From Burkholderiales bacterium (GTDB lineage: Bacteria > Pseudomonadota > Gammaproteobacteria > Burkholderiales > SG8-39), in NCBI GenBank assembly GCA_041617635.1, contig JBFJOO010000001.1:82375-146374 (forward strand): DNA of 64,000 bases, given 5' to 3'. Positions within the stretch are counted from its first letter, which is position 1; each line of letters starts with the position of its first letter. A model generated the notes under the pieces. The model searched no databases, was not told where the DNA came from, and saw only the letters and a list, made by a program, of their open reading frames with translations. Positions 50,628-60,318 of this stretch are shown one piece after another. Both the position numbers and the translations under genes were made by a program.

Positions 50628-51191
50628 ATGAAGCTTCACCAAGTACTTTCCACAGGCGTGGCAATCATCGCCCTCGCGGGCGGCAGCGCACTCGCCGGGT
50701 CCACCAAGGCGGAGAAGCAGGCCGAAGTGCGCAAGGCTTCGAAGGCGACGCTCGATGATTTCTACAAAGCTGAGCCGAAGCTGAAGGGCATGGTTGCGAA
50801 GTCGACCGGGTATGCGACGTTCACCACCTACGGCCTCTCGTTCCTGATCGGCGGCGCGGGCGGCAAGGGTCTCGTTCATGATCAAAAGACCGGCAAGGAC
50901 ACGTTCATGGACATGGCCCAGGCGAGCGCGGGCGTGCAAATCGGCGCTTCCCAGACCCGGGTCCTGATCGTATTCAAGAACGAGCAGGCAGTGAAACATT
51001 TCGTGGACAAGGGCTGGGAGTTCGGCGGGGGCGGCGGCGCGAGCGCCGGCGTGAAAGGCAAGGATGTCGGCAGTGGAGGCGGAGAGAATCTGATCGCCGA
51101 CGCGACGTACTACACGCTCACTCCGAACGGGTTGCAGTTCGGTGGCGCGGTCGCCGGAACGAAGTTCTGGAAGGACAAGGACCTCAACTAG
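50628..51191 (+). CDS. SYLF (Ysc84/DUF500)-like secreted protein
   Basis: Internal ATG after an AT-rich stretch with gaaggaag upstream. Signal peptide. GYATFTTYGLSFLIGGAGGKGLV, ASAGVQIGASQTRVLIVF and TLTPNGLQFGGAVAGTKF resemble the SYLF-domain pattern. Confidence 0.6.
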   Translation: MKLHQVLSTGVAIIALAGGSALAGSTKAEKQAEVRKASKATLDDFYKAEPKLKGMVAKSTGYATFTTYGLSFLIGGAGGKGLVHDQKTGKDTFMDMAQASAGVQIGASQTRVLIVFKNEQAVKHFVDKGWEFGGGGGASAGVKGKDVGSGGGENLIADATYYTLTPNGLQFGGAVAGTKFWKDKDLN

Positions 51192-51302
51192 ACGATCCCG
51201 TCTAGAGTCTCGATCGAGGGGCTGCGCGGCCCCCTCGCCGCTCTTTCCAGGATCGATGACGGCCGCCCCGCCGCGACCCTGCCGCGCGACCGCGCGGATC
51301 AC

Positions 51303-51659
51303 CTACTGCGCCTTGCCCTTCTCTTTTTCGTATTCGCTCAGCAGGCATTTGATCCCCCGGTCCGTGGGGTTCGCCTGCAACTGTGACGTGATCGACATGG
51401 TCCAGTTCGCGGGAGTGATTCGCCCGGCGTAGAGGCGCGAGGTCTCGTCCATGAAGTACGAGGCGTTATCGGAGCCACCCGCTTCCAGCAGATTGCCGAC
51501 GGTCGTCGAGCTGATCGGATCGTAGTAGCACGCCTTCTGCACTCGGTCGATAAACGCATCGTAGGCATTGTCGGGCTTCCAAGCGTCCGGCGCGCAGGCT
51601 GCAAGCAGCACGCCGCCGCACACCACGATCAAACTGCTCCTGAAGACTTGCATTCGCAT
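51303..51659 (-). CDS. Small lipoprotein of unknown function
   Basis: MRMQVFRSSLIVVCGGVLLAAC (LAAC lipobox), with aggagag upstream. No family recognised. Confidence 0.6.
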   Translation of the reverse strand: MRMQVFRSSLIVVCGGVLLAACAPDAWKPDNAYDAFIDRVQKACYYDPISSTTVGNLLEAGGSDNASYFMDETSRLYAGRITPANWTMSITSQLQANPTDRGIKCLLSEYEKEKGKAQ

Positions 51660-51847
51660 CCACTCTCCTCTTCTCTTGGCTGTCATCGGTAAACGGCGCT
51701 AGTATCGCATGCACTGCGCGCAAGGGGCACATCCTGCGGCCGCTCGGGCATTCGGGAATAGTTCGGCGCCGAGATTGTTGACTTGATGCCCACGTCCTCG
51801 CCCATCTTGCCGCGCGCGGCAACAAGAAGTCCTGACAGGAGCTCATC

Positions 51848-52576
51848 ATGCGCAATCGATCCGGACACTCTCCGCAAGCCGAAACGCCGTTGCTGCCGAG
51901 CCGGCGCGTCGTGATCAAGAGCCTAGGCGCCGGCGCCGTGGCGTCGCTGGTTGGCGCCTGCGCGGCGCCCGCGACGCTTGCGCCGCGCACGGTTGCCGCG
52001 GAACTCGCCCCGAGCGTCGGCACGACATGGACTTACGGCTATCGGAGCGACTGGAGCGCCGTCGGGCCGCGCACGTTGACCTACACGGTCACTGCAGTCA
52101 CGGGCCAAGGCATCCAGGATCGGCTCGCGCAGCAAGGTGCGCCGGGCAGCGGCGGAGAGCGATTGTTCACGTCGGCCTGGGAGATCGCCGCCCGACCGCT
52201 CACGAATTTGATGGTGCACGAATTCTCGCCCTACGCGCTCGCGTTCGGCGACGTGCCGACCGGTGAGCGGATCAACGTAACGATGCCGACAGTGAACTGG
52301 GGCACTACGTGGACAACCACTGCCCGCGCCGTTGGAACCGAGCGCGTCTCGGTCCCGGCCGGAAGCTTCGACGCCGTTCGAATCGAGATTCTCGGCACCC
52401 GGCTTTTCGTCGCCGGGCAGATGGATAGCGCGGCAGACGTCGTGCGGCTTTACGCGACCGCCTGGCTTGCGCCGGCGGTGAAGCGTTCAGTGCGCTTCAC
52501 GTTCCAGACGCAGGCCGCGCAGCTCAACCTGCTCTCGCGCGACCATTTCGAGCTCCAGAGCTTCAAGGCCGGCTGA
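51848..52576 (+). CDS. Tat-signal lipoprotein of unknown function
   Basis: 242 aa. SRRVVIKSLGAGAVASLVGAC combines a twin-arginine motif with a lipobox Cys. aggag upstream. Confidence 0.6.
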   Translation: MRNRSGHSPQAETPLLPSRRVVIKSLGAGAVASLVGACAAPATLAPRTVAAELAPSVGTTWTYGYRSDWSAVGPRTLTYTVTAVTGQGIQDRLAQQGAPGSGGERLFTSAWEIAARPLTNLMVHEFSPYALAFGDVPTGERINVTMPTVNWGTTWTTTARAVGTERVSVPAGSFDAVRIEILGTRLFVAGQMDSAADVVRLYATAWLAPAVKRSVRFTFQTQAAQLNLLSRDHFELQSFKAG

Positions 52577-52662
52577 TCCCACACCTTTTGCGTCATCACT
52601 CCTCATGGGGCGGAACTGGAGCCTATCTCAAGACATGACGACTCCCGCGAAAGAGGGGATAC

Positions 52663-52716
52663 ACAAGGGGCGTGCCCCTTGTTTGTAGGGGATGTCCAAG
52701 GGGGAGTTCCCCCTTG
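52663..52716 (+). terminator. Two consecutive CAAGGGG...CCCCTTG hairpins; candidate terminator(s)
   Basis: acaagggg-cgtg-ccccttgt followed by ttgt (52663-52686), then caaggggg-agtt-cccccttg followed by ttcgt (52697-52721). Same stem family as 39339-39361. Confidence 0.45.
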
Positions 52717-52785
52717 TTCGTACGACTCCTCTCGCAGGAAGAAGCATGGCCGTTTTTTCGAGACCGCTTCTGGCGTGTCGAGTCG

Positions 52786-53448
52786 ATGAGGCTGCTCCTG
52801 GTCGAGGACGACCCGATGGTCGGCGATGCGGTGCGCGAGGGGTTGCGCCAGGAGGGCTACGCGGTCGATTGGGTGCAAGACGGGACCGCGGCGGAAACCG
52901 CACTGCGTGCCGAGCGCTACGACCTGGTGCTCCTCGATCTCGGGCTGCCGCGCCGCGGCGGATTGGAGGTGCTTGCGTCGCTCCGCGCCGCGCACAATGA
53001 CGTTCCAGTGCTCGTGATAACCGCGCGCGACACGCTTCCCGACCGGGTCAAGGGCCTGGACACGGGCGCCGACGACTATCTCGTCAAGCCTTTCGATCTC
53101 GACGAGCTCGCGGCGCGCGTGCGCGCGCTGCTCCGCCGTGCGGCCGGACGCGCGGAGCCCGAAATCCGCTGCGGACCGCTCACGCTCAATCCCGCGACCC
53201 GCGAGGTGTTCGTGCGCGCGCGACCGGTCGCGCTTTCGGCGCGGGAGTTCACGTTGCTCGAAGCGCTCGCCGAGCGGCCGGGGGTCGTGCTCTCGCGCTC
53301 GCAGCTGGAAGACCGGCTGTACGGCTGGGGCGAGGAGATCGCGAGCAACGCGGTCGAAGTGCACGTTCACAACCTGCGGCGCAAGCTCGGGGTCGAGATC
53401 ATCCGCAACGTGCGCGGCGTCGGCTACACGCTCGAGACGGCCGAATGA
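52786..53448 (+). CDS. OmpR-family response regulator (QseB/PmrA-like)
   Basis: Internal ATG MRLLLVEDDPMV, DLVLLDLGLP, DDYLVKPF. Winged-helix C-terminus LTLNPATREV...VEVHVHNLRRKL. Confidence 0.9.
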   Translation: MRLLLVEDDPMVGDAVREGLRQEGYAVDWVQDGTAAETALRAERYDLVLLDLGLPRRGGLEVLASLRAAHNDVPVLVITARDTLPDRVKGLDTGADDYLVKPFDLDELAARVRALLRRAAGRAEPEIRCGPLTLNPATREVFVRARPVALSAREFTLLEALAERPGVVLSRSQLEDRLYGWGEEIASNAVEVHVHNLRRKLGVEIIRNVRGVGYTLETAE

Positions 53449-54752
53449 CCTCGCTCCGGCAGCGCCTGCTGGTCGCCCTGCTCGGCGCGTTGCTGCTCGT
53501 CGGCATCGTGGCTAGCGCGGCGACCTATCTTTCCGCGCGGAGCGAGATCAACGCGCTGCTCGACGAGGAGCTCCGCCAGGTCGCGCTCTCGCTGCGCGAC
53601 CACGCCGTGCTCGATCTTTCGCGGCTGACTCGCGGCGGTGGCGACGCACGCCAGCGCGTGGTGGTGCAGATCTGGGGGCCGACCGGAGTGGCGCTCTATC
53701 TCTCGAACACGGTGGCACCGCTTCCGCTGGTGCGCACCGAGGGGTTCGTGAGCCTCGCGCACGAGGGGCGCGAGTGGCGCGTCTACACGGCCACCATGGG
53801 CCTGCAGACGATCCAGGTCGGTCAGGCGATCGCGCTGCGGCGCGAGCTCGCCACCGACGTGGCGTTGCGCATCCTGATCCCGATACTCGCGGCGCTGCCG
53901 CTCTTCGGGGTGCTGATCTGGTTGCTCGTGGGCCACGGGCTTGCGCCGGTTGCCCGCCTGGCGCGCACGATCGCATCGCGAAGCGCCGCTTCGCTGGCGC
54001 CGCTGCCCGCCGACCGATTGCCCGAAGAGGTTGCGCCCCTCGTCGCGTCCCTGAACGGGCTGCTCGCGCGCCTCGAGCAGTCCTTCGGACTGCAGCGCCG
54101 CTTCGCCGCCGATGCGGCGCACGAGCTCCGCACGCCGCTGACCGCGCTGGGGTTGCAGATTCAACTGCTCGAGCGCGCAAAGACCGACGCCGAGCGCGCA
54201 AGCGCCGTGGCGCGACTCAGGGAGGGCGTCAAACGCGCGACCCGCCTCGTCGAGCAGCTGCTCGTCATGGCGCGTCTCGAGCCGGACGCCGCCGATCGGC
54301 CCGTCGAGCGCGTGGAGCTCGGTGCCCTGGCGAATTCCGTGGCGGGGGATCTCGCGGCGCTCGCCGAGGTCCGGGGAGTCGCGCTCGAAGTGGACGCGGA
54401 GGAGAATATCGCGACGCTGGGCACGGAGGACGCCCTGCGCATTCTCGTCTCCAATCTCGTCGATAACGCGATTCGCTACACGCCCTCCGGCGGCACCATC
54501 GTGATGCGGGTGTCGCGCGCCGCAGGCGATGCGATTCTCGAAGTCGCGGACGACGGGCCCGGCATCCCCGAGGCCGAGCGGGCGCGGGTCTTCGGCCGCT
54601 TCTATCGCGTGGCCGGGACCGAGCAGCCCGGCAGCGGACTCGGCCTCGCCATCGTGCGCCAGGTGGCCGACCTGCACCGCGCGCGCTTGGAGCTCGGCAC
54701 CGGTCTAGGCGGCGCCGGGCTGGCCGTCCGGGTCCGCTTCGCGCCCGCCTGA
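53445..54752 (+). CDS. Sensor histidine kinase (QseC/PmrB-like)
   Basis: 435 aa. Two TM helices, FAADAAHELRTPL (H-box), DNAIRYTP (N-box), DDGPGIP, GSGLGLAIV. ATGA overlap with the regulator gene. Confidence 0.9.
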   Translation: MTSLRQRLLVALLGALLLVGIVASAATYLSARSEINALLDEELRQVALSLRDHAVLDLSRLTRGGGDARQRVVVQIWGPTGVALYLSNTVAPLPLVRTEGFVSLAHEGREWRVYTATMGLQTIQVGQAIALRRELATDVALRILIPILAALPLFGVLIWLLVGHGLAPVARLARTIASRSAASLAPLPADRLPEEVAPLVASLNGLLARLEQSFGLQRRFAADAAHELRTPLTALGLQIQLLERAKTDAERASAVARLREGVKRATRLVEQLLVMARLEPDAADRPVERVELGALANSVAGDLAALAEVRGVALEVDAEENIATLGTEDALRILVSNLVDNAIRYTPSGGTIVMRVSRAAGDAILEVADDGPGIPEAERARVFGRFYRVAGTEQPGSGLGLAIVRQVADLHRARLELGTGLGGAGLAVRVRFAPA

Positions 54753-54890
54753 CGCCCGCTACTGCGCTCGGAAGGGGGCTCAGAGCGACCCCTCAACCGC
54801 TCTTAAGCTCGGCTTAAGGATTGCGTCTCAGGATCGTTGGCGAGACGAGGGATGGTCCCTCGGCGCTTACCAGCGATAGGAGACAAAACA

Positions 54891-56381
54891 ATGCTGAAAC
54901 GCAATCGTCTAGCCCCTGCGGCCATTGCTCTGGCGGTTGCCGCTGCGTTCGCGGCGGGATGCACCGACGCCAAGCTGCCCGGTGTGACCGAGGCCAACGC
55001 CATGACCGCGTCCCCTGTGGTGTCCGCGACGGCGGCGAATCCGGCGACCACGCGGCTCGCACTGCCCGACTTCAGGAAACTCGTGGCCGAGCAGGGTCCC
55101 GCGGTCGTGAACGTCGCAGTGAAGAAGCCCGGGCCCGCGCTGGCGGCCGGAATGCCGCAGTTCGACGAAGACGGCCCCTTCGGAGACTTCTTCCGCCGCT
55201 TCGGCATCCCCATGCCGCGTGGCGGGGAGCAAGGCGGCCCGCTCATGCCCCAGCCCAGCCAAGGCGTGGGCTCGGGCTTCATCATCAGCCCGGACGGCCT
55301 CATCCTCACCAACGCGCACGTGGTGGAAGGGGCCGAGGAGGTCACGGTGAAGCTCTCGGACAAGCGCGAGTTCTCCGCCCAGGTGCTGGGCGCGGACGCG
55401 CGCACCGACGTGGCGGTGCTCAAGATCGCGGCCACCGGCCTGCCGGCAGTTCGCATCGGCGATGCGAAGAAGACCGAGGTCGGCGAATGGGTGGCGGCGA
55501 TCGGTTCGCCCTTCGGCCTGGAGAGCACGGTGACTGCGGGCATCGTCTCGGCGAAGTCGCGCAATCTGCCCGATGAGCGCCTGGTGCCCTTCATCCAGAC
55601 CGACGTCGCGGTGAACCCCGGCAATTCCGGGGGGCCGCTCTTCAATCTCGACGGCGAGGTGGTGGGCATCAATTCCATGATCTACAGCCGCACCGGAGGT
55701 TACATGGGCGTGTCCTTCGCCATCCCGATCGATGTCGCGATGAAGGTCAAGGATGATCTGGTCAAGTACGGCAAGGTCACCCGCGGCCGTATCGGCGTCG
55801 TGATCCAGTCGGTCACCCAGCCCCTCGCGGATTCGTTTGGCTTGGCGAAAGCCGAAGGCGCGCTGATCGCGAAGGTCGAGCCTGACAGCCCGGCGGCCAA
55901 AGCCGGACTCAAGACCGGCGACGTCATCCTCGCGTGGAACGGCCAGCCGATCAGCGACTCGACTGACCTTCCGCATCGCGTGGCCGAGACCAAGCCCGGA
56001 TCGCAAGCGGGTCTCAGGATCTGGCGCGAAGGCAAGGAGAAGGACCTCACGATCGCGGTGGGTGAGATGCCCGCGGACGAGGCGACGCTCGCCGCGGCGG
56101 CAACGCCTGCCGCGCAGGGCAAGCTCGGCGTAGCGGTGCGCCCGCTAGCCGACCAGGAAGCCAAGCAGGCGGGAACCGAGGGCGGATTGCTCGTCGAGCG
56201 CGCGATCGGCGCGGCGGCCAAGGCCGGCGTGCGCCGTGGAGACGTGATCCTCGGCGTGAACGGCAAGCCAGTGCGCTCGCCCGAAGAGCTCAAGCGCGCC
56301 ATCGACAACGCTGGGAAGCACGCCGCGCTCCTCGTCCAGCGCGGCGCGGCGCGCATCTTCGTGCCGGTGCAGATCGGCTGA
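54891..56381 (+). CDS. Do/DegP/DegQ/MucD-family periplasmic serine protease with two PDZ domains
   Basis: Internal ATG with aggagac upstream. GSGFIISPDGLILTNAHVV, DVAVLKI and NPGNSGGPLFN form the His/Asp/Ser triad context. Two PDZ-like segments follow. Confidence 0.9.
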   Translation: MLKRNRLAPAAIALAVAAAFAAGCTDAKLPGVTEANAMTASPVVSATAANPATTRLALPDFRKLVAEQGPAVVNVAVKKPGPALAAGMPQFDEDGPFGDFFRRFGIPMPRGGEQGGPLMPQPSQGVGSGFIISPDGLILTNAHVVEGAEEVTVKLSDKREFSAQVLGADARTDVAVLKIAATGLPAVRIGDAKKTEVGEWVAAIGSPFGLESTVTAGIVSAKSRNLPDERLVPFIQTDVAVNPGNSGGPLFNLDGEVVGINSMIYSRTGGYMGVSFAIPIDVAMKVKDDLVKYGKVTRGRIGVVIQSVTQPLADSFGLAKAEGALIAKVEPDSPAAKAGLKTGDVILAWNGQPISDSTDLPHRVAETKPGSQAGLRIWREGKEKDLTIAVGEMPADEATLAAAATPAAQGKLGVAVRPLADQEAKQAGTEGGLLVERAIGAAAKAGVRRGDVILGVNGKPVRSPEELKRAIDNAGKHAALLVQRGAARIFVPVQIG

Positions 56382-56432
56382 CCCACGGCGGTTGTACCGC
56401 TCCGAGGCTTCTGGACGCCCTGGAGTTGGCAA

Positions 56433-56466
56433 GCCCGCGCGGCCTCGGCCGCGCGGGCGCTTTTTT
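56433..56466 (+). terminator. Rho-independent terminator after the protease gene
   Basis: gcccgcgcggcc-tc-ggccgcgcgggc followed by gctttttt. Confidence 0.85.
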
Positions 56467-57450
56467 CTAGGCGCGATTCAAGTTGAAGAGGCGGATCGCG
56501 TTCTCGCGCCCGATTCGCCGCCGATCGTTCTCGCTGATGCTGGCGACGTCGAACCAGTCAGCGGCGTGATCGATGTTCTCGAACGGCCAGTCCGTCGAGA
56601 AGAGCACTCGGTCGACGCCGATCTCGAGGATTGCGTCGATCAGGGTCTGGGTGCGGAAGTTGCCCGACGTCGTGACATAGAAGTTCTGCGAGAAGTACTC
56701 CGCGATCCGCTTCTTGGCCGGGTACCGCGGCGGCGCTTTCGTCCAGGCGTTTCGATTGTCGATGCGCCACATGCTGTACGGAAGCCCCTCCCCCATGTGC
56801 CCGAGAATGATCTGGATCCGCGGGTGCTTGTCGAACAGTCCCGAGCACATCAGGCGCAGCGCATGCACGGCAGTCTCCTGGCCGAACGCCCAAGTCGGTC
56901 CGAGCAGCCAGGGATGACCCTCGTAGATCTGCGCCATGTTCGGCAGCGGATTGCGCGGATGGAGATAAAAGGGCACGGCGAGCCGCTCGACCACTGCCCA
57001 GAACGGCAGGTACTGGGGCAGGTCGAGGTAGACCGCGGTGTCCGCTTCACGAACCTGCGAGAAGCCGTTCACCAGCGCGCCCTTGAAGCCGAGCTTCGAG
57101 ACGCACCGTTCCAGCTCGCGAATCGCCAGGTCCGGATCCTGCATCGGGAGCGCTGCAAGCGCCTGAAATCGGTCGGGACGCTTGCGGACCTGCTCCGCGA
57201 GAAAATCGTTCGCGCGCTGCGCGATCTCGTTGGCGCGTGCCGGGTCGGGAATCGCCTGGATGGCCGGCGCGTTCAGCGAGAGCAGCATCATCTCGATGCC
57301 GTGCCGGTCCATGAGATGCAGCCGCTTCTCGTGGATGTCGAGCAGGCGCCCGCTCAACTCGGTCCAGACGTCGGCAGGCAGAAATCCGGCCGAGTCGTTC
57401 AACGTGTCCGGAATCGCGAAATGCTCTTCGAGCGCAATCTTGCCTTGCAT
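56467..57450 (-). CDS. Amidohydrolase-2 (ACMSD / gamma-resorcylate decarboxylase-like) family protein
   Basis: 327 aa. MQGKIALEEHF, ...MLLSLNAP..., ILGHMGE and LFSTDWPFE are typical of non-oxidative hydroxybenzoate decarboxylases. RBS ggggag upstream. Confidence 0.75.
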   Translation of the reverse strand: MQGKIALEEHFAIPDTLNDSAGFLPADVWTELSGRLLDIHEKRLHLMDRHGIEMMLLSLNAPAIQAIPDPARANEIAQRANDFLAEQVRKRPDRFQALAALPMQDPDLAIRELERCVSKLGFKGALVNGFSQVREADTAVYLDLPQYLPFWAVVERLAVPFYLHPRNPLPNMAQIYEGHPWLLGPTWAFGQETAVHALRLMCSGLFDKHPRIQIILGHMGEGLPYSMWRIDNRNAWTKAPPRYPAKKRIAEYFSQNFYVTTSGNFRTQTLIDAILEIGVDRVLFSTDWPFENIDHAADWFDVASISENDRRRIGRENAIRLFNLNRA

Positions 57451-57538
57451 GGTCTCCCCCTTGCGAATCGGTTCCCGGCATCGGGTGCGCGGCCGACGGC
57501 TATTCTGCCCCGCTTCGCGCGCGCGGGTGGGGGAAAGG

Positions 57539-58354
57539 TCAGGCGGCCACGGCCGGCACGCTGTCCAAATCCCGCGGCGGCTGGGTGAGGTCGAGGTTGC
57601 GGAACGTCGCCTGCTCGTCGAGCACCGGAAATTGACGCGGGTGTCCGACGAGGAATCCCTGGAAGAAACGAATGCCCAGCGAATAGGCCCAGTCGAGCTT
57701 CTCCTGGCTGTCGATGCCCTGCGCGACAGAGCGGCATCCCAGCGAAGCGGCGAGGGCGACCAGTTCGCGCAATGGCTCCTCGTCGAGGGTCTGAAATGCC
57801 GTCGAAATCGCCTTGCGGTCGAGCTTGATCAGCTTGGGTCGGAGCGTCCGGAGCAGTTTCTCGTCGCACCGCGGCAGCCCGGGCGCGCAGTTGCCGAGGG
57901 CAACGCGCACGCCGCGCCAGGCGCAGTCCTTGGCGAACGAAAGCAACGAACGCGGATCCTGCTGAATCACCGTGTCGGTGATCTCGACGATCAGGCGCTT
58001 TGCATGCGGGCCGACCTCCGCCAGCTCGCGCAGGTAGCGCCCGGCGTGCTGGCTGACTGTGATCGACGAAACGTTCACGCTCACCGAGACCGAGCGGTGC
58101 AGCTGGTCGATCGCCGCAACCGCCTGCTTGAGCACTGCGAGATCCACGGTCCCGATGTAGCCCGTTCCCTCCCAGCGGCGAATCGACGTCTCACGCGACT
58201 CCGGCGAATTCGATCCCTCGCGAAAGCGCAGCAGCGCCTCGTAGACCACGATCTGGCCGCGAGCGCTCATGATCGGCTGGAATGCCGTGCGGATCAGCTT
58301 TTGCAAGCGAGGGTCCCTGGTATCGACCGGGACAATATGCAATTCCGATGCCAA
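57539..58354 (-). CDS. Stand-alone EAL-domain protein with degenerate catalytic motifs
   Basis: 271 aa, TTG start. FQPI...YEALLR, VNVS, EITD, KLDR and QGF are present. However, DDFGTGYS is replaced by GNCAPGLP, and AEGVE by AQGID. Confidence 0.75.
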   Translation of the reverse strand: MASELHIVPVDTRDPRLQKLIRTAFQPIMSARGQIVVYEALLRFREGSNSPESRETSIRRWEGTGYIGTVDLAVLKQAVAAIDQLHRSVSVSVNVSSITVSQHAGRYLRELAEVGPHAKRLIVEITDTVIQQDPRSLLSFAKDCAWRGVRVALGNCAPGLPRCDEKLLRTLRPKLIKLDRKAISTAFQTLDEEPLRELVALAASLGCRSVAQGIDSQEKLDWAYSLGIRFFQGFLVGHPRQFPVLDEQATFRNLDLTQPPRDLDSVPAVAA

Positions 58355-58528
58355 GCGGCGACGGCAGAAAATCCCGCCAATCCACGCATCGCGCGTGACT
58401 TTTCTGACAGTGGTGTCGGACGACGGTCAGCGCCCGGGCGGGGACGCCGGTCGGCCGACATCGCGCCCGCCGAGTCTCGATCGCCGCAAGGAACGCGAAG
58501 TGACGCCTCGACGGCCCTGCCATCTCCT

Positions 58529-59812
58529 TCAACTTTTTTCCTCGACTTTCTCGAAATCGATCCGCTCGTGCACCGGCAGCCTCTGGAGGGTGCGCCGCAA
58601 GCAGTCCAGCCCCATTTCCACCGCGCCGAGGCGCACCCAGTCACGTCCGCCGACGAGGCGGCTGCGCCGGGTGGCCACGTCGCCATCCGTCGCGATCGCC
58701 ACACAGACGTTTCCGGAAAAATCGACCCGGTCGGCGCCTGCGTCGAGGTCGATCAGCACCGCCAGGGCGTGCGTCGATCCGGTGTGGCGTTGCGCGGCGC
58801 GCGCCACCGCCTCCGCTGCCTCGACTGTGGCACCCCCGCCCGCGGGCTCGCCGTCGAGCCCGACCGCAGCGAATACACCGCAGAGGTCTCGCGCAACGAT
58901 GCCGCGGCGAAACACGCGCTCCGCGCCGGGGAGGTGCGCGATGCGACCGGCGATCTGCCCGCTGGTGAACATCTCCACGGTGGTGAGTGTCGCGTTGCGA
59001 CCGGACAGCTCGGCGAGTACCACCCCCTCGAGGGTGCGATCGTCCTCGGCGACGACGAAATTGCCCAGGCGCTTGCGCACCTCCTGCTCGACCGCTGCGA
59101 GCTTGCCGCGGATGTCGTCCATGTCGCGCCCGCGCACGGCGAGCTTGGTCTCGAGCTGCGGATAGTGCGCCCGGAACCCGAGCTTCACCGTGCCTTCGGG
59201 CGCAAGATTCACCACGTCCGCGAGCATCGTGTCCGCGCGCGATTCGCCGATGCCGTAGGAATGAAACCGCTTCAAGTGGATCGCCGTCTGCAGCCCGCTT
59301 TTCTTGAGCAACCGCGGAATGATCTCGTTCTCCAGCATGCGGCGCAGCTCGCGGGGCACGCCCGGCGTGAAGTGAAATCGCGCCTTTCCGATGTCCACCG
59401 CGAAGCCGCAGGCCGTCCCGACCGGGTTGTCGAGCACCTCGGCGCCGGCGGGGAGCATCGCCTGCTTCCGATTGTTCGGCGGCATCACGCGACTGCGACG
59501 CGCGAAGAACGCCTCCATGTGCGCAAGCCACGGCTCGTTCAGGACGAGCTCCACGCCGGCGGCCTTCGCGGCAATCTCCTGGGAGAGATCATCCACGGTC
59601 GGCCCGAGCCCGCCGTTGACGATGACGGCGTCGGCGCGCGCCCCGGCGAGCTGGAACGCGAGCAACAGATCCTCGCGGTCGTCGCCGACCGTGGTCTCCC
59701 ATCGCACCGCAAGCCCGACATCCTCGAGCTTCTGGGTGATGTAAGTGAAATTCGTGTTGACGGTCTTGCCGGTGAGAACCTCGTCCCCCGTGCAGATGAC
59801 TTCGATGCGCAT
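58529..59812 (-). CDS. cinA: CinA-family protein (MoCF-type N-domain plus PncC-like C-domain)
   Basis: 427 aa: MRIEVICTGDEVLTGKTVNTN, IVNGGLGPTVDDL, NPVGTACGF. Confidence 0.85.
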   Translation of the reverse strand: MRIEVICTGDEVLTGKTVNTNFTYITQKLEDVGLAVRWETTVGDDREDLLLAFQLAGARADAVIVNGGLGPTVDDLSQEIAAKAAGVELVLNEPWLAHMEAFFARRSRVMPPNNRKQAMLPAGAEVLDNPVGTACGFAVDIGKARFHFTPGVPRELRRMLENEIIPRLLKKSGLQTAIHLKRFHSYGIGESRADTMLADVVNLAPEGTVKLGFRAHYPQLETKLAVRGRDMDDIRGKLAAVEQEVRKRLGNFVVAEDDRTLEGVVLAELSGRNATLTTVEMFTSGQIAGRIAHLPGAERVFRRGIVARDLCGVFAAVGLDGEPAGGGATVEAAEAVARAAQRHTGSTHALAVLIDLDAGADRVDFSGNVCVAIATDGDVATRRSRLVGGRDWVRLGAVEMGLDCLRRTLQRLPVHERIDFEKVEEKS

Positions 59813-59994
59813 GCTCGCCTTCCCCGTGCCGGCAGATCGATAGCATCATAGCGTCCGGCGAGCGATCGAGGCGGCCGCACTCCCGATCGGGGGACGACGT
59901 TCGCTGCTACGCGGATCTCGCGCCCAATGCGTGCGAGCGGGAGGCGATCTTGGTGACCGACCGCGTAGCACCGTTCAAGGACTCGAACACCTAC

Positions 59995-60121
59995 GGCGAA
60001 ATCAGCAGCGCAGCACACGCTGCGCCTGAAACAAGGTGGTGGCCAAGGGCGGAATCGCCTTTGGCTGGATTTTGCCTGCGGCGAAATCAGCAGCGTAGAA
60101 AACGCCGCGCCTGAAAGGAGG

Positions 60122-60142
<21 letters not shown>
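59995..60142. repeat. Direct duplication (63 bp x2, period 85 bp, 6 mismatches) covering the last 21 nt of tRNA-Phe plus 42 nt of its 3-prime flank
   Basis: Copy 1 is 59995-60057 and copy 2 is 60080-60142. tggtggccaagggcggaatcg at 60037-60057 is identical to the tRNA 3-prime end at 60122-60142. Confidence 0.9.
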
Positions 60143-60197
<55 letters not shown>

Positions 60198-60318
60198 GGA
60201 ATCGGCACGCCTCGGGAGCCGAAGCGCTTAGAAATGAGCGCGGATTATAGCCGGAAGGCACCCTCCCGCCAAGAATACCGCCGTACGTGCGCGGCCAGCT
60301 CTCAGCGGGAAGGAGGGT

